Counted from the first letter of the whole stretch, positions 1 to 13,633 are shown. The stretch: 62,986 nucleotides of DNA, filler included, from Choristocarpus tenellus KU-1152 (GCA_964200185.2; 11 parts of 11 records of this genome joined end to end with filler, not necessarily neighbours in it); one strand, 5' to 3'. The notes: generated by a model not told the origin, from the sequence alone. Made by a program: numbers and translations.

Positions 1-710
1 TTTTTTTTCAGAAAAATTTTTAATATTTATTAAAAACCCTCCCCCCCCCCCCCCCCCCCCCCCCCGGGGGTTGAGATTTCTGGAGCTGAGTGTTGACCCC
101 CCTACCCCTCGCCCTTTTCTTGTTTTGTCTTCCTCATGCACAGAGTGCTCTTGTTTCAAGCTTTTATGCTACTACTGCTGTAGTAGCATGATTCACACCG
201 AGCAAGGACTTGATGAATGCATTCAGTTCACCACTCAACGAAGTTTTTGATGTGAAGCATAACATGCATGTTGAGCTTTTGAAACTGTTTCCCTTACCTT
301 CGTCATATACTTGTCCGAGCCCCTCTCCAATCCAGTAAGCGCATCCCTGTTTGTCTTCATGGATCATTTTTTCATGGATTGGTGGTAGAGGGGGGGGAGC
401 GGGTGGGGGGGGCTGGGTGTCGTATGCCAGGACAATGAGATCAGAACTGTGTACATACTGAGGGTTGGTATTGGTAGGCATTTGTCTACTCATCTTTCTC
501 AAGTGGTGATTGGCTGTGCCTGTCTACACCACAAGTACTATAGTATAGCACAAGCTTTCACTATTTTATGCCCCTCCCCCACCAACCCCACGGAGACATA
601 CAGGCACCCTAAACATGTTGTCGCCCCCCTCATTTCTTTTTTTTTGTTTTTCCCTTTACCCTGCTAGCATGCGCTCATTACGCCCTTGGTGATTTATTTT
701 TGTTGGCCAG

Positions 711-1816
711 GAAGCGGTTTGTGAGCTGCTAATGAGTGTGGAGGCTGTGGTCCCATACAGCCGTGGAGACCTTCTGAGCCGTGTTCATGAACTGGGGGCG
801 TGTGACATGGAGGAGTACACCGAGAAGGGCACTTTCATCAAGGTTGGGCTGGGAAGGCTTGTGTAGGGCATGCAATAGAGCTCTACAGCCTTTGGGTGGA
901 AGGGTGTTGTTTGCTTTGATAAGGCTTCTTCAGGCTTTGGGAACAAAGAGGCCAGATGCCCGGAATGCACATCGCCAGAGGGTGTGCAGGAGGGCCACTA
1001 CCAAGTTTAATGCCTCTGTATGCCTACAAAAACCCTCCTCTGTTGTTCTCCCTTTTCCAGCATTATGTTGCTGTTTGTCCAATACCAACGTCACGGTGTG
1101 TAAGGGGTTTTGTGGTTCAACACATGCGAGCATGGCAGGCAAGCAAGGCTAAACTTTGCAAAGCAGTCGATCAGGAGGTTCACAAGTATCCACCTCACAC
1201 CTTTGATCAAGGGTTGTTGCAGACACTATTGGAGAGGTTGCTATTGCTTTATTTTGTCTGGGATGGTTAACATGCATTGGATCAATTTGGGGGGTTCTGC
1301 TCCCATAGAATCTCCCCACTTCACTCCCCCCTTATACTATCATCACCCCCTCAAATTTCATGACAAGGGTACTGATTAGCAGCTTGTTGTGATGTGCTGA
1401 GCAATTGTTACAGTGCCTTTGTCTTGCACTGTGGGGTAAATTTATCCATTACTGCAATGATACTGCCATGTGTACGTGTCTATGATGCAAGCTAAGAGTC
1501 ATCCCAGATCCATATCCACCTGTACTATTCCTGTCCCTCATACTGTCTTGGAAAGTTGTGTGTTGGTATTGTTGATGCTGTGGTGAAATAGCTTTTCCTG
1601 CTTGCAACATGATGAACTACTCCCCTTGACTTGGTGAACACTCTCCAAACCCAGGCGCGCGTGCCAGCGGAGTTGGTGAATCGTCTGGAGCCATACTATA
1701 CAGACGAGTTCCGGAAGACTGTAGATGGAGGGGCAGGGGGGAAAGATGAGGAGGAGGTGAACTGGACTCTCATCGCCAAGAAGCGTGACAGGGCAAAGAA
1801 CAGCAGTGGTGGATGA
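711..1816 (+). CDS. hflX: HflX-family GTPase, last two exons (711-842, 1655-1816); 5' part not in this contig
   Basis: AG|GAA...AAG|GT and CCAG|GCG...TGA join in phase 0 to give EAVCELLMSVEAVVPYSRGDLLSRVHELGACDMEEYTEKGTFIK-ARVPAELVNRLEPY. This matches the HflX C-terminal domain pattern (PYxxGxLLxxxHxxGxxxxxEYxExGTxIxAxVP). Confidence 0.85.
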
Positions 1817-2853
1817 TAGTTGCAATACAACAATTCTCATGTACTGAAGATCAATGATGATGTGTATTCATGGGTCATCTGAACCTTCTTTATTTGTGGG
1901 CTGGTGCAATTTCTTAGATGGACATTGTGCTCAATGTATGCACTCTCCGACATTGCCTCCACTTTGGGGGAGTGCACATCTCGAGTTGACTGTTTGAATA
2001 GTAATTGGGAGGAGCCATGTGGTGTCCGGAATACTCCCTAACACTCCAGATTGTCGAAATAGTGTCAGCAACTAGGTGCCATCTAGCTGATGCTGTTATG
2101 GTATGGTTGTTGATGCGCTTTCCCTGGTGTCTACTTCTACATGCCATCAGCATGGAATTCATAGCCTGCAATGCGGGACAATATTCAGGCAGCCTTTACC
2201 TCAAGGCAGGAGGTTGTTTTTGTCACTCACAGTTACTAGGCATTATTTGAAGTGCCATATCTACAGAGGTCTGGTACCCATTTCGCACTCTGTGTGGATA
2301 TGTATCAGACTCCCCATCGTGAAGGGGCTCCCCTGTGCACTGTGTGGTTTGGTCAGTGTTGAGTAATTGCATTATTGTAGGAAGAGCCCTACTTCGAAAT
2401 AAAGGCTAGAAGACTTAATTAGAGGTATTAGATACAATTTTGTTTGAGTGGGCATCTTGGGATCTTAGGCTCCCACTAGGAATTTGGAGGCATTTGTTTG
2501 TGTACTGGATTGGAAAACAAAAGCCCAGAGGACTTGAGGAGGCAGCAAGGCAGCCCTTTCGGCCTATACTTGGAGTCAGCATTTATCTATCTGTGGAATG
2601 AATTGTGTTGCAGTGGTAACCTCCTGGTGGTCCTCTGCATGTAAAATGGATTTGATTTTGAAGGATGCCCTTGATTTATCGAGGTACCTATTTATTACAT
2701 TGCACAATGTTCATTCCATCGTAGTATGAATCCCACTGACTCCTAACCACCGATCTACTCACAACCCCACCTCAGTCTGCCACATGTGTATTTAGTACTT
2801 TTCCCACACCCCACAATCTCCCTCACTATGTAGGTTGTCAAATATTGAGACAC

Positions 2854-2955
2854 CACAATTAACAGGTCTTTCTCAAAATTGAGGATGGTGCAGGACTATG
2901 AGGATGGTTTTGCGAAAACGGTCTTAAAAAAGTACCCTGAGGTTTTTTTTTTTCG
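2854..2955 (+). mobile_element. TIR element family B terminus (CACAATTAACAGG..., twin TGAGGATGG subterminal motifs), truncated by the contig end
   Basis: Homologous to 20802-20873, to 20974-21154 (reverse) and to 27887-28009. Confidence 0.7.
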
Positions 2956-3055
2956 NNNNNNNNNNNNNNNNNNNNNNNNNNNNNNNNNNNNNNNNNNNNT
3001 TAATTAATTAANNNNNNNNNNNNNNNNNNNNNNNNNNNNNNNNNNNNNNNNNNNN
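2956..3055. other. Artificial contig linker (N-run, TTAATTAATTAA, N-run). The same linker occurs at 9896-9995, 13218-13317, 20874-20973, 25543-25642, 29893-29992, 38728-38827, 41506-41605, 54247-54346 and 59605-59704.
   Basis: Identical 100-nt spacer with stop codons in all six frames. Confidence 0.98.
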
Positions 3056-3126
3056 CAAAAATCGCGACATGAAAAAATTGAACCCAAATGGACAGCCGCC
3101 ACCCCCCCCCCCAGATACTTTGAGTC
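3056..3126 (-). mobile_element. MITE family A, partial copy at contig start
   Basis: CAAAAATCGCGACATGAAAAAATTGAACCCAAATGGACAGCCGCCACCC...CCAGATACTTTGAGTC, the reverse complement of 34490-34560. Confidence 0.9.
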
Positions 3127-3430
3127 ATGAGTGTGCCTTCAACTTTGGTCAAGGACAAATGTTTGCCAGTATGTCCAGCATGTTATGGCCATGGGTTACT
3201 GCAGTCAACAGCGAACGATCTTTTTCAGGTTTTGAGGAGCCTGATATAGGTCGTTGATAAAGCTTGTCCTGCGAAAATTTTCTCTAGAGAGCTAAGGGTG
3301 TTATTTTATGGATGCTGGTAATCGCAGCCAATTCAGGTTGTTGTACATAGTGTCTCCCTGACTCCCAAGAATATTGATCTTTGCATCTCCATTTCGCACT
3401 AGTGAATGGTTCTACAAACACGGCCACTCC

Positions 3431-6400
3431 CTAGTTTGTCTTGATGACCTCTGGCAATGAGAAGAGCTGTGCATCACCCCAATATCCCCTCCTGAACGTT
3501 TCAGCTCAGTACATCAACACATTAATGACTGAGTTACAGATGCTCTTGTGGTTCTCTAGTAACGTGGTTTATGGGGATTTGGAAGGATAAGGAGCCAGAG
3601 TAAACAAGAGGCACCAAGATTTTGGGCGTTTTGAATTTTAAGCCACTTTTTTCATCTTTTCGAATTCACCCTTAGTACTGTGAACGAAGTGCAGAAAGTG
3701 AATTGAAATTGTTAATTTCTATATCGCATGAATTTTCGTGAGAATTCACAAAAAGTCCCTATATGCATTTGACAAAGAGCCGGATTTTGAACATTTGTTG
3801 GTATCTTTGAAATGCAACCCCAAACACCTCCTGTTTTTGGCTCTAGTCCTAAAGGGATTCAGCATAGGCTGTGTCCACACAATGTTTCTCTCACCCATAA
3901 TGGTTACAATGTGAATGCAAAATTAATGTCACTTTTGTGTTCCCTTTGCCCAATGAAACATTATACACCCTCCTCAATCTCTTCACTCCAGCGCTGAATG
4001 GCATACCAACATATCTGTCTATTTCTAAGTCCGTCCAATCTACTTTCTTACCTGCGCGATATTAAAAGTCTGGAGGACGCTTTGGAGTGTTATGCCGTGC
4101 TCAAAGAAGATGGCTTGGATCCTTTCATCCTCTAGCTTCAAAGGGATACCAATAGATCCTTGTTTTGGAGTCAGCACAGAACAACCTTGGACAGACATGG
4201 TGCAACCGCCGTCAATAACACTGTTTATTGGGGGGGGGGTGGGGAGAGGGTTTGGAGGTGTGTTGAAGAGTGTGATGAGGGGTTGACAATACTTTTAGCA
4301 AGAAATATGGCAATGCTTCAGACAATCTAGTATAGCTGTTCTTCCCAACCAGTAACTCAAAGGAACAATTTCTGTTTTAAGGAAAAAGCAAAAGAGATAT
4401 TCTCACAACAAGGTAGCTTCATACTTGAATTAGATGCATCAATCAAGTTGACTCTCTTACTATAACTTTAATATCCCTCCTCTTGCCTTCCCACGAACTA
4501 CAAATGAAAATGGCAGGCGCATGGATCACTTGGTGTTGCCCAGGTATTGTCCGTCCAGCATGTAACAGGGTTGGCAAGCAGTGCTAACGGGTTTCTTGTG
4601 CGCTTAGTTATTTGGGATCTACATCATTTTTCCTCTGCATACCTAAGATTGATGACCATTTCATGGCATCTGCACCCATCCATACTCCCTAACCCTTCAA
4701 TCCCTGCCTTCATCACTGCGAGGGATTGGAAATGAAGTGAGTTGGAGGTCTCTTTCACATTCTCCCTTTTAGAAAGTATCTGGGGTTCCCTCTTGGGATT
4801 CCAGCTGCTACCCTCCTCAACCACCATGCCCGTAATCCCTGTTTCTCCCATGCTGGTCTCCATCTCCTCCGAATCTTGGATGGGTAGGTCCGATTTGCTT
4901 TCTTTGTTGACTTCAGTGCAGGCCTCAGTGTCACAGAGGGCCTCGGCTGATATCTCTTCCCCAATCTCGCCTATTAGATCCCCCAGTTCTCCTTCACATA
5001 CTTCTGCAAAGATGGTCACTGTGTCAAGTAGTTCCTTAATCACATCATGAACCACCTTTGATTTCCACTCTGCAACAAAATTCTTCAGCTGGGTGAAGAG
5101 TTCCAGTGCTTGTGGGGAGATGCACTCAACAAGTGTAACACTTAATACACTCCTGGAATAGACTCGAGAGTTGCTATTAGGTGGCCACAATACCCCTACC
5201 AATTCCCTCTCCCATGCATTGGACTCCTTATATAACTGTGATGTTTCCCTTTCATTTGATCCTCCCCTATCGTCCACCTCAACTCTTGCAGCCTCGACGT
5301 TTCCCTGGTCAACCCCCCCCTTTACTTCTTCATCATATTTCAACTCAGCGTTTGCCAGGTGTTGAGTATTGCCCTCCCTGCTATTTCCACAGTACTTCAC
5401 CATTTCTGTAGTGGGGTGGGCCTCAACAGTCAATGAGGACTGTGCCATGGGATGTGTAGACGAAATGTTAGGCAATGAGGGCAAACATGTGGTGATATAT
5501 AATATCTTGGTTCGCATATCAAACCGATTAGCAATTCCTTCGACTTCTCCGATATCTGCAGGTCCATTTAGTTCATTTTCCGTCCTTTGCTTTAGAGTCC
5601 CATAAATTTCACCTTCTGTCTTCTCCGCTTCGCACTTAGATCTACCATTGTCAGTGACAAAAGCTGCACAGGTGGGCGTTGTTTTGGAGAGGGGGATATA
5701 GAATCTGACTCGGAAGTTGACCGTGGCCATTATCCTCCCTGTGGGAACAGCACAATGGGCAATGGCTGCCTGGGGGTCCCGTTGCGCTTGCCTTCTATTG
5801 TTGACTCTCAGTGCTGTAGGTACTGGTGCTTTCTTAAGCGACCCAAGAAGGCGAAGGCATTTGAGGTTCCGTGTATAGCCGCAGGCTTGTTTCCCTGCAA
5901 AGTTCTTCATAGTAGATTTTGGCGATTGGTAAAAGATTATCGTGTTGGGAAAGAATGTTGGTACAGCAATACTTCGTGAAGCAGTATGATACAAGGAGGT
6001 TGAATGCTCGTGAGTGGGTGATGTGAAATGTTCCGTTAGGCAGAGGGTCGATGGCATGGGCATGGGTGGAAGTCAGGGAAAGAGGGATGGTTCACATACT
6101 ATTCAAGGTGAGAATAGTGAAGCAGGGTTAATGGTTTGGTAGGCCTAGAAATGTTAGGAGAGTAAAAGCATTTAAGAGGGTAGGGTGCGTCTGTTTAGGG
6201 TTCAAAACCCTATGTTACGATTTTGATGAAATTTTGGCTATTATTTTTGTTAGGAAGCGTCACTATCCTTGTTCCAGACAAACCTTTCTATTCGTATATA
6301 CTTCAGGTAATTGTGTTCACACAGAAAACCGGAAAGGGGTATAAAAAACCTGTGGGAAGCCAAGTCCCGGACGGACAAACAGGGCAAAACTTCTACCCTC

Positions 6401-9400
6401 ATAAATGCAAGTATTGTGAAATGAGTGTAAGACATTCCAGCGCTAACCCTATTGAACATTTCCTCAGCACTGAGAATATATCCGACAAACTCTGAAGATT
6501 CCTCTTCCACTCACTGCCACTCACCACCCCCCCCCTACCCCCCTATTTAGGAGAGTGTAGAAGTTTGACAACTCTTGCTGTCCGCTATCCACCCAAAAAT
6601 ATATTTCAAAGTACTACTGAAATGCTTGCCATGGTATCAACCGTTTATACAATGAGCAACCTTGTGCATAATCCTGCCACACCCAAATATCTAACTCCCA
6701 CTTCTGAGATGTTGATGGGCAACCTCACCTTTTGCTCTATTGCCTCTTCTGACCATAAGTATCACCGTTGACCTGGATCCACAAAACCATCCCAGTCTAC
6801 TTCTCTCTTCCCTTTAGTATCATCTACCAATCATACAGACCCTGCCAAACATTATCCTCTACTTGTATGTAGTGTCGTCTTGAAAGTACTCTGCAATAAT
6901 CCGAAGAAGAAAGCAATTTGGCGCTTTTCCCTCTCCCTCTGATACATTCTTACTGTCATTGGAGTACAGATCACGGTATTGGAGTAGGGTCTATGTTGCA
7001 CATCAGCAACAGCGGGATAGATGGGAGGAACGTGCACTGTAGAAGATGGTGCTAGGACCATAGGTCATAATTACAACCGGCCCTAGTACAGCCCACCTCA
7101 TGACCAATGCACAGAGACTGTGGTATGGAATGGGGAAGGCGGTATCATGAACATGACTTGCCGTCACTTTGCTTCACCACTGACATCAACGCTGCTCAGT
7201 TCCAATATTTCCATCAACCCAATGACATACATGTTACAAGACACACAATTATGCCTTAATAAAAAATTCAACTTCATTCCTCAACCTACTTTATCAATCA
7301 CTCCAAGTTTCAAATGAATTAATCAGAAACTGTATATATGGCTAGTCAAGAAGACACAGTCAAGAAGACAAGGAGGTATTGAGTACTATGGTACTATATC
7401 CTGTACCTTGTACATGCTATTGTGATAGGGGATATGTTATATATGTTTGTCTTTATTGTATCAAAACAGGGAGGGCACGGGAGGTGGTAAGACCAGAGTG
7501 TCATGCTGGCTTAATGTGCAACCATGAATAACAATATTAGCCTTGTCTCCCTACTCCTTCATTTGTTGAATCAATGCTCTAAATTTGTCATGATGCGACT
7601 TGTGCACAGGTATCACTATACACACACACACTACTACAATTAGGTACACACATATGATGTATTTTCATAGGTATACCGGTATTCACAGCATAAAAAATTA
7701 TAGCCGAATCACTTTGTACCCATGGACCTTAACTTGCACAAAACAAAATGCACACTCAAACCATACAGTGAATATTGCTCTGTGTGTCCTCAGAGTAGGA
7801 AGTGCATGGTACTAGTAGTATCGACACATACGTATAATTTTCGACAAAATAGGTTGGAACATACCTTTTTGTATGGCCTTGCAGCTCCTCGCTCAAGTAA
7901 TAGCTGGATGAGAGATGCATTGTTACGCCTTGCAGCGTAATGAAGCGCGGTGGACCCGTCCCTGAACTCTGCAACCTCGAGGGAAAGGTTAGCATTCAAT
8001 ACAGCTCTGACTTTTGCTTGTGCTCTTTTAAGTATGTCCCCCTCCTCTATGCCTTGGCATCGGATGCTCTCTGTCTCTGATGCTGCACGAAAGAGCTCTT
8101 GTAGTTCTTGAGGCACATCTGTAAGTGGTATCTTAGCAACAGAGGTTGGTGGAGTCTCATCACTCTTGATCCCTCTGCCATCATTCTTAGATGCTGAGCC
8201 AGTCTCATCCCTGGAGAGTGCATTGCTGGCCGTAGTATCTAGTCCTCCCCTGTCAACCTCGTTGGTGGGGATCTGTGGTGGTCCTGCTCCTTTAGTCAAT
8301 GTGGATCCAACTCCTTGCAAGTTAGTAGCCAGAGAATTTCTTGTGGTGCCAAGCAGTCTGGGTGCAGGGGTAAAATCACATGATCCTGTAGTTACAGTGG
8401 AAGAAGGCATCTCAGCCAACTGATTTTGATGGGTTCGCCTTAGCTTCACTTCCCTGGCAAGATCTTCAGCCCCCAAACCGGAACCTTGAGCGGTTCCTGC
8501 AAGCGCATAATTGAGTAGCAAGGACCTCTCCAGAGAATCTTCTTTTTCCCCCTCAGCTACCCTATCTAACTTCACACTTTCTTGATGTGTGATGGCCTGC
8601 TCACATTGATACTGAATATTTCCCCCTTCAGTTGTCCTAAAATACCTCCCCAAACAACAATCAGGGATGTTACTCTCACTTCCACACCCAGGGATATTGA
8701 TTCCCTTTTCTGATCGTTTTAACCACCAGAGGCTCATGGCCAGGGCATGGTTGAAGCTCAAACATTTTCCTCCTACTTTGGCCAAATCGTCTCTTACAAC
8801 ATCAAGCTCAGAATGCAGACCATTTTCTCGGCTAGGGCAAATACCTAAGCCTTGAAGTGCTCTACCTGCACCTAGACAAGGATATTTTTGCTGTAAAGAT
8901 CCATTCAAACCTCTCTTCATCCCTCCCACCATGCCCGTCATTAATTCATCAACGGCACATACTATTGCCTCTGCCTTGAACATTTCCCACAGTGCTCTTG
9001 CTGTCCTTGAGTGATTTGACTCCTCCCCTTTATTACTCCCACCTCTGTCAAATTGGAACTCACATCGATCACTTCCCCTTTTACTAGAACTACCAGATTC
9101 AATCTCTTCAATTGCAGCTTCCTTGTGAGTGCAGATGTGTGACATACAAGCTGAATGCATTGTGGAGTACTCACGATCATTTTTCATGTTCTGTGGATTT
9201 GATTGCCCCAGTTGTCCCAGCACCTCGCCCTGTTTGTGTTCCTCCCCCTCAGGTATCCTTTGTGTATTCAATACCTTGATCATGTCACCCTGGGGAAGAT
9301 ACTCTCCTCCTGTAAATTCCATACATTTCAGTCCAATGCAATTGTTCCCTCCCACACAACTACCCGACAACATCCTCACTCTTGTCCTGGTCCTCCCTTG

Positions 9401-9645
9401 TACAAATACTTTAGATCCGGATCCAAAACTTGACTCTATCCGTGTCTCAAGCACTTCCAAAAGCTGCCAAAGGACTGCTGCAGCCACCCACCGTTCAACG
9501 TCAATAACCCCAATCCTCCTAATTACACCTAGCAGAGCCGACTCGGACTCATATGTTGCAAGCCCACCAGCGGCTGTTACCTCTTGGAGCTCATTGAAGG
9601 TGATGGTTGCCTCTGGATCTATGGAAGAGTTGATGAAGACATGAA
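3431..9645 (-). CDS. Large multi-exon ankyrin-repeat-containing protein (partial; exon boundaries approximate)
   Basis: Two long ORFs (7790-9487, 4624-6063). The first ends in the ankyrin motif DGSTALHYAARRNNASLIQLLLERGA; the second contains KNFAGKQACGYTRNLKCLRLL, which resembles an ankyrin-repeat end. Further GT-AG-bounded small exons lie near 4158-4051 (SIGIPLKLEDERIQAIFFEHG...), ~3990-3894 and ~3490-3431. Confidence 0.65.
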
Positions 9646-9827
9646 GGGAAAACCTTTTGGGAGCAGTGTTATGTGTGAGGATTGATGAGATTGATATGCA
9701 CCATGAGGGGAAACCAAGAGGAGGGAATTGGAAGTGAGTGAGGCAAATAGAAGGGAGGTATGGGGACTGAGAACCATGGGTGGCTTAGATTTATTTTCTT
9801 CTGACTGACTGCTGGAAGTAGAGCTTG

Positions 9828-9895
9828 GGCTCAAAGTATCTGGGAGGGGGTGGCGGCTGTCCATTTGGGGTCAATTTTTTCAAGTCGCGATTTTT
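9828..9895 (+). mobile_element. MITE family A, left terminus at contig end
   Basis: GGCTCAAAGTATCTGGGAGGGGGTGGCGGCTGTCCATTTGGGGTCAA, near-identical to the 34490 copy. Confidence 0.9.
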
Positions 9896-10369
9896 NNNNN
9901 NNNNNNNNNNNNNNNNNNNNNNNNNNNNNNNNNNNNNNNTTAATTAATTAANNNNNNNNNNNNNNNNNNNNNNNNNNNNNNNNNNNNNNNNNNNNTGGAA
10001 GAGCCTAATCGAACATAAGTTTCTTTTTACGTTTGGTCATGTTTGATGGAGCTGTGATTCTGAATGAGAGGTGAGACACGCTTGTTAAGATGATACACTT
10101 GTTGAGATGATAGCCTTCATCGCCAGCACCTAGTCTGGCACCTACCGCAAGAGATACTGGATGAAGTCTGCAATCATTCTATGGAGTGTGGACAAACATG
10201 TGTAGGTCATCTTCATGAAGACAGTCCTATCACTGTTGCTCAAGTGGGCCTTCGACTGATTTAAAAGAACTTGGTGTTGCTCGAAGCGGAAGTGGAAGAA
10301 TGACCTATCCTTTGTCTATCTTCTGTCAGGACTTCGATTGCATGAGGTTATGTTACAGGCGAATAAGGT

Positions 10370-12129
10370 GGTACCAGTAGCTTCGACCTCTATGGCAATC
10401 GTAGTTTTTTCTGACCAGAACGCCACAACAGTTATACAGCAATGTATATATCAAATGAAAGGGCATGACAAAACCTTTTGAAGGTTTGTATCAACGAATG
10501 TCCAGGCTTCGGGGAACGGGAGCTATGTCCCGATCAAATAATGGCAAAAACGCAGAGGAATATCTCCAGCGCAATTTGGAAGGTCACGACTTCAAAACAG
10601 ACAAAAACGAAGTGGTTGGCTGAAGTCCTTGCAAAAAACTGGTCCGGGGTATGTCGCTGCCCAAGTTTGGCCTGTGTGGCGATACCGAAAAAAAAAAACT
10701 CAAGATTTCTTGACACCTTCTTAACGCTTTTTGCAGACTTTCTGTAAGCACACACACGCGTGACTTACATAGCAACATGAACCACGACGGTGAGACAAGG
10801 AGAGCCGCCGAGGCCACTCTGCCCCCTGGATCTACCCTCGTCACCTTCTCTGTCGAGAGGCGACAGAAAGGCATGTGACACTCAGTGCGATGTTAGGTGA
10901 CGAGAAAGTGCGAGTAGCAAATCGCGCAATGGATCACACGACCACAATGCTGATGCTGAGAAAAGATGTATTGAAAGCATTACCACACAAACATGGTTGG
11001 ATCTTCAACCACGTCGGAGCACTGCTCCGCAGTCTCTGCCACCTCGGAAAAGCAGGAAGAGAGGGGCGAGTCCATCACCAGGTGGTACAGTGACGAAGTC
11101 TGTGGGGAAGCCTGGTCACAGCAGGCGAAGGGACAACCGGGGTGGCCACCTGAAGGGAAGGTTGAGAAAGAGAGCAGTACGACTGTGTGCCATTGCACTC
11201 AGGAAACACCTAAGCGAAAACCCGGGTATAGAATATCGTAGTAGTTGAAAATTGCAGCAGGCCCTGGCTGTCTGGAAGCTGTGCAAGCCAGAGTGGCTTA
11301 AGGAAACGAGGAAGAAGGAGTTAGGGTTGGGCTACAAGGACTATGAATCCCGAAAGAAGGTCAAAAAGGCTCGCAAGATGGAGGAGAAAGTGATCGTATC
11401 AAAGGCAGCTGTGGAGACTTTTCGATACCACCAAATCCTTTACTTAGAAGAGATCGCGAAGCAGGTGGAGGTAGCCATCGACAAGGACGCCAGGGAGAAG
11501 AGGAGATGAGATTGAGACTATTTGCGCACTGATGGTTTGGTGTCTCCCACTTCTTGCAAGATGCCGTACATTCACGTTTGTTCCTGGACTTGGGGTTGGA
11601 CATATTAAGTTGATTGAGGCTTTCTACCAACCTGCGTTCATTCGAGAAATCAACACAATTTTCGATCAACTCAAGCCTGTCCTCCCTCGCCCTTGCGCCT
11701 TGATGATAAAATATCACCCGCCCAGGAAACACGGACAACGCCAATTTCCGGCGCTCAACAAGGAAATGTGATAGTTATAGCTCTAACACTGCGAATCCCG
11801 TTCCTGTGTATGAACGACGGGAAAGACCATCGCACTGTCCTAACACACAGGAAGAAAGGATGGAAAGGCTTTTTTGCCGTCTAAACCCTATACTTAAATC
11901 AAGTAATAGCATATCCATTGCCACTCTTGGTGACCTACAATCCAAGGTTCGAACCCCGATATTAGCGCTCTTTCTTCAAGAAAGGAAAAAATGTGGTGAA
12001 TAAAGAAACGAAGCCCGTATTCTGGGGGGCCTTGTGACGGGCATAACCAATATGCTTTTATTTTTTTAATCCGATATCTACATCAAAAATTATGACGGGA
12101 CAACCCCTGAGGGTGAAGGTATTGATACC
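10370..12129 (+). mobile_element. Internally deleted DNA transposon (Tc1/IS630-like, family C), copy 1
   Basis: Shares ~870 bp of 5' sequence and ~250 bp of 3' sequence with 60158-61541. Termini are GGTACCAGTAG ... GTATTGATACC. Retains a basic C-terminal coding remnant at 11252-11509 (LGYKDYESRKKV). Confidence 0.75.
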
Positions 12130-13317
12130 GCTATACACAAGTACTTCTTCTCGCGATCTAACCTGTTCGAGCAGTGTACACGCAAGTAGAACCCCAGTAG
12201 GGGGAACTCGGATTTGCTAAAGGTTTCAGGGTAAGATCTGCTACTTGAGAACAAAATACTTTTCAGATGTATTAACGTCGTCTATTTACTCGAAATGGAT
12301 GATGGTCAGTGACTTCAACCAAGCCACTTTCTTATCATCCATGGGTCGTACACCTATATTGAATAAAAGTGTACCTTTATCTGCTGACCTGATATTCATC
12401 ATCCTTGTTGGACCTTTTGACTGCCGGAGTATCCCAGGAGTCCTGTACAAGCTTCAGCGCCATCTATAGGCCTGTGGATTGGAGCTACATATCCCGTGGA
12501 GGTAATACTTGGAGCATGTTGTAACAGCTACAGCCCTTGGTCTCGAAGTGGTGTGTTGGGGTGAAATGTGTGCAGATGCGCCTTACAGTGGTTTTGCGAT
12601 GGAGACCCAAACAGACGCTTGAGGATGTGGAAAAACTGAAAGCCTTGAGAGAAAATCTCGAGAGAAATATTTGATCCGAGGGATGTTATTGTCGCTGACT
12701 GAGGGACACCAAGGAAAGGAAGGACATAACTTGAGTGAAGAGATACAGACTCTGGGCAATGATCATGTGTTGCAGAATCGAGAGGGTCAAGGGCTAAGGA
12801 CTTTCTTGATCGGCTACCTTCCCCCACAGACTCAGATCAATTCCCTGGAATCTTCATCTTTGTGTTATTAATTCTTACATATCACGAACCCAATTTTGGA
12901 TCTGTTTTTCTTGTTGTTCGCCGCTATACCCACTTCTTCCTGTCCGTTCTAGTTGAGTGTTGATTTTTTTTATTATGCCCTCTGACGTACTTTTGTTATC
13001 GGTCTCAGTCCAATTATACCATCATTTTTTATACCTCCAAAATGTTTGAAGGCGCAATAATAATAAAATATAGTACCTAATGGTTCATTTCTAGATATCT
13101 ACATCACTGATCTGATTCAAACTCGAACTGATATAAGGAGAACGTTTTAAGCTGGAGTCACCAGGGAGATGGGCACGGAGGGGTCTGTTGGATTCTTGGG
13201 ATGCTTCCTTAGCTCCCNNNNNNNNNNNNNNNNNNNNNNNNNNNNNNNNNNNNNNNNNNNNTTAATTAATTAANNNNNNNNNNNNNNNNNNNNNNNNNNN
13301 NNNNNNNNNNNNNNNNN

Positions 13318-13390
13318 CGCCCAAAAATCGCGACATGAAAAAATTGACCCCAAATGGACAGCCACCACCCCCTCCCATACACTTTGAGCC
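13318..13390 (-). mobile_element. MITE family A, partial copy at contig start
   Basis: ...TTGACCCCAAATGGACAGCCACCACCCCCTCCCATACACTTTGAGCC. Confidence 0.9.
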
Positions 13391-13633
13391 TCCTACAGCT
13401 TAGGCTGCGGGTTACTTCCCTCCAGCATGCGTTGATACCTTATTTTAAGTCTGCTATCCCTCTTTACTCGTCATCTCATAGAAGGAAACGAGAGAAATGA
13501 GTAAGGCAACTTTTTGCAAGTAGTTACAAAATGCATAAATTAGTACGTTCCAGCGAGGTGCACCCAGTCTCCCGCCTTTCCCTGCATTCTCCTCATCCTT
13601 TCCTGATCGAAGCTCACTGTCCCCGGTCTTGCA

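Noticed and set aside
1914-2330. Possible HxD dioxygenase remnant (GYEFHADG) on the minus strand
   Set aside because: Frame is interrupted by several stops and has no supporting motifs
3000-3011. Repeated TTAATTAATTAA as a biological repeat or CRISPR-like array
   Set aside because: Always embedded in identical N runs; it is an assembly linker
6223-6510. Weak similarity between 6300-6420 and 20455-20580 as a further MITE family
   Set aside because: Similarity is too patchy to define termini by eye
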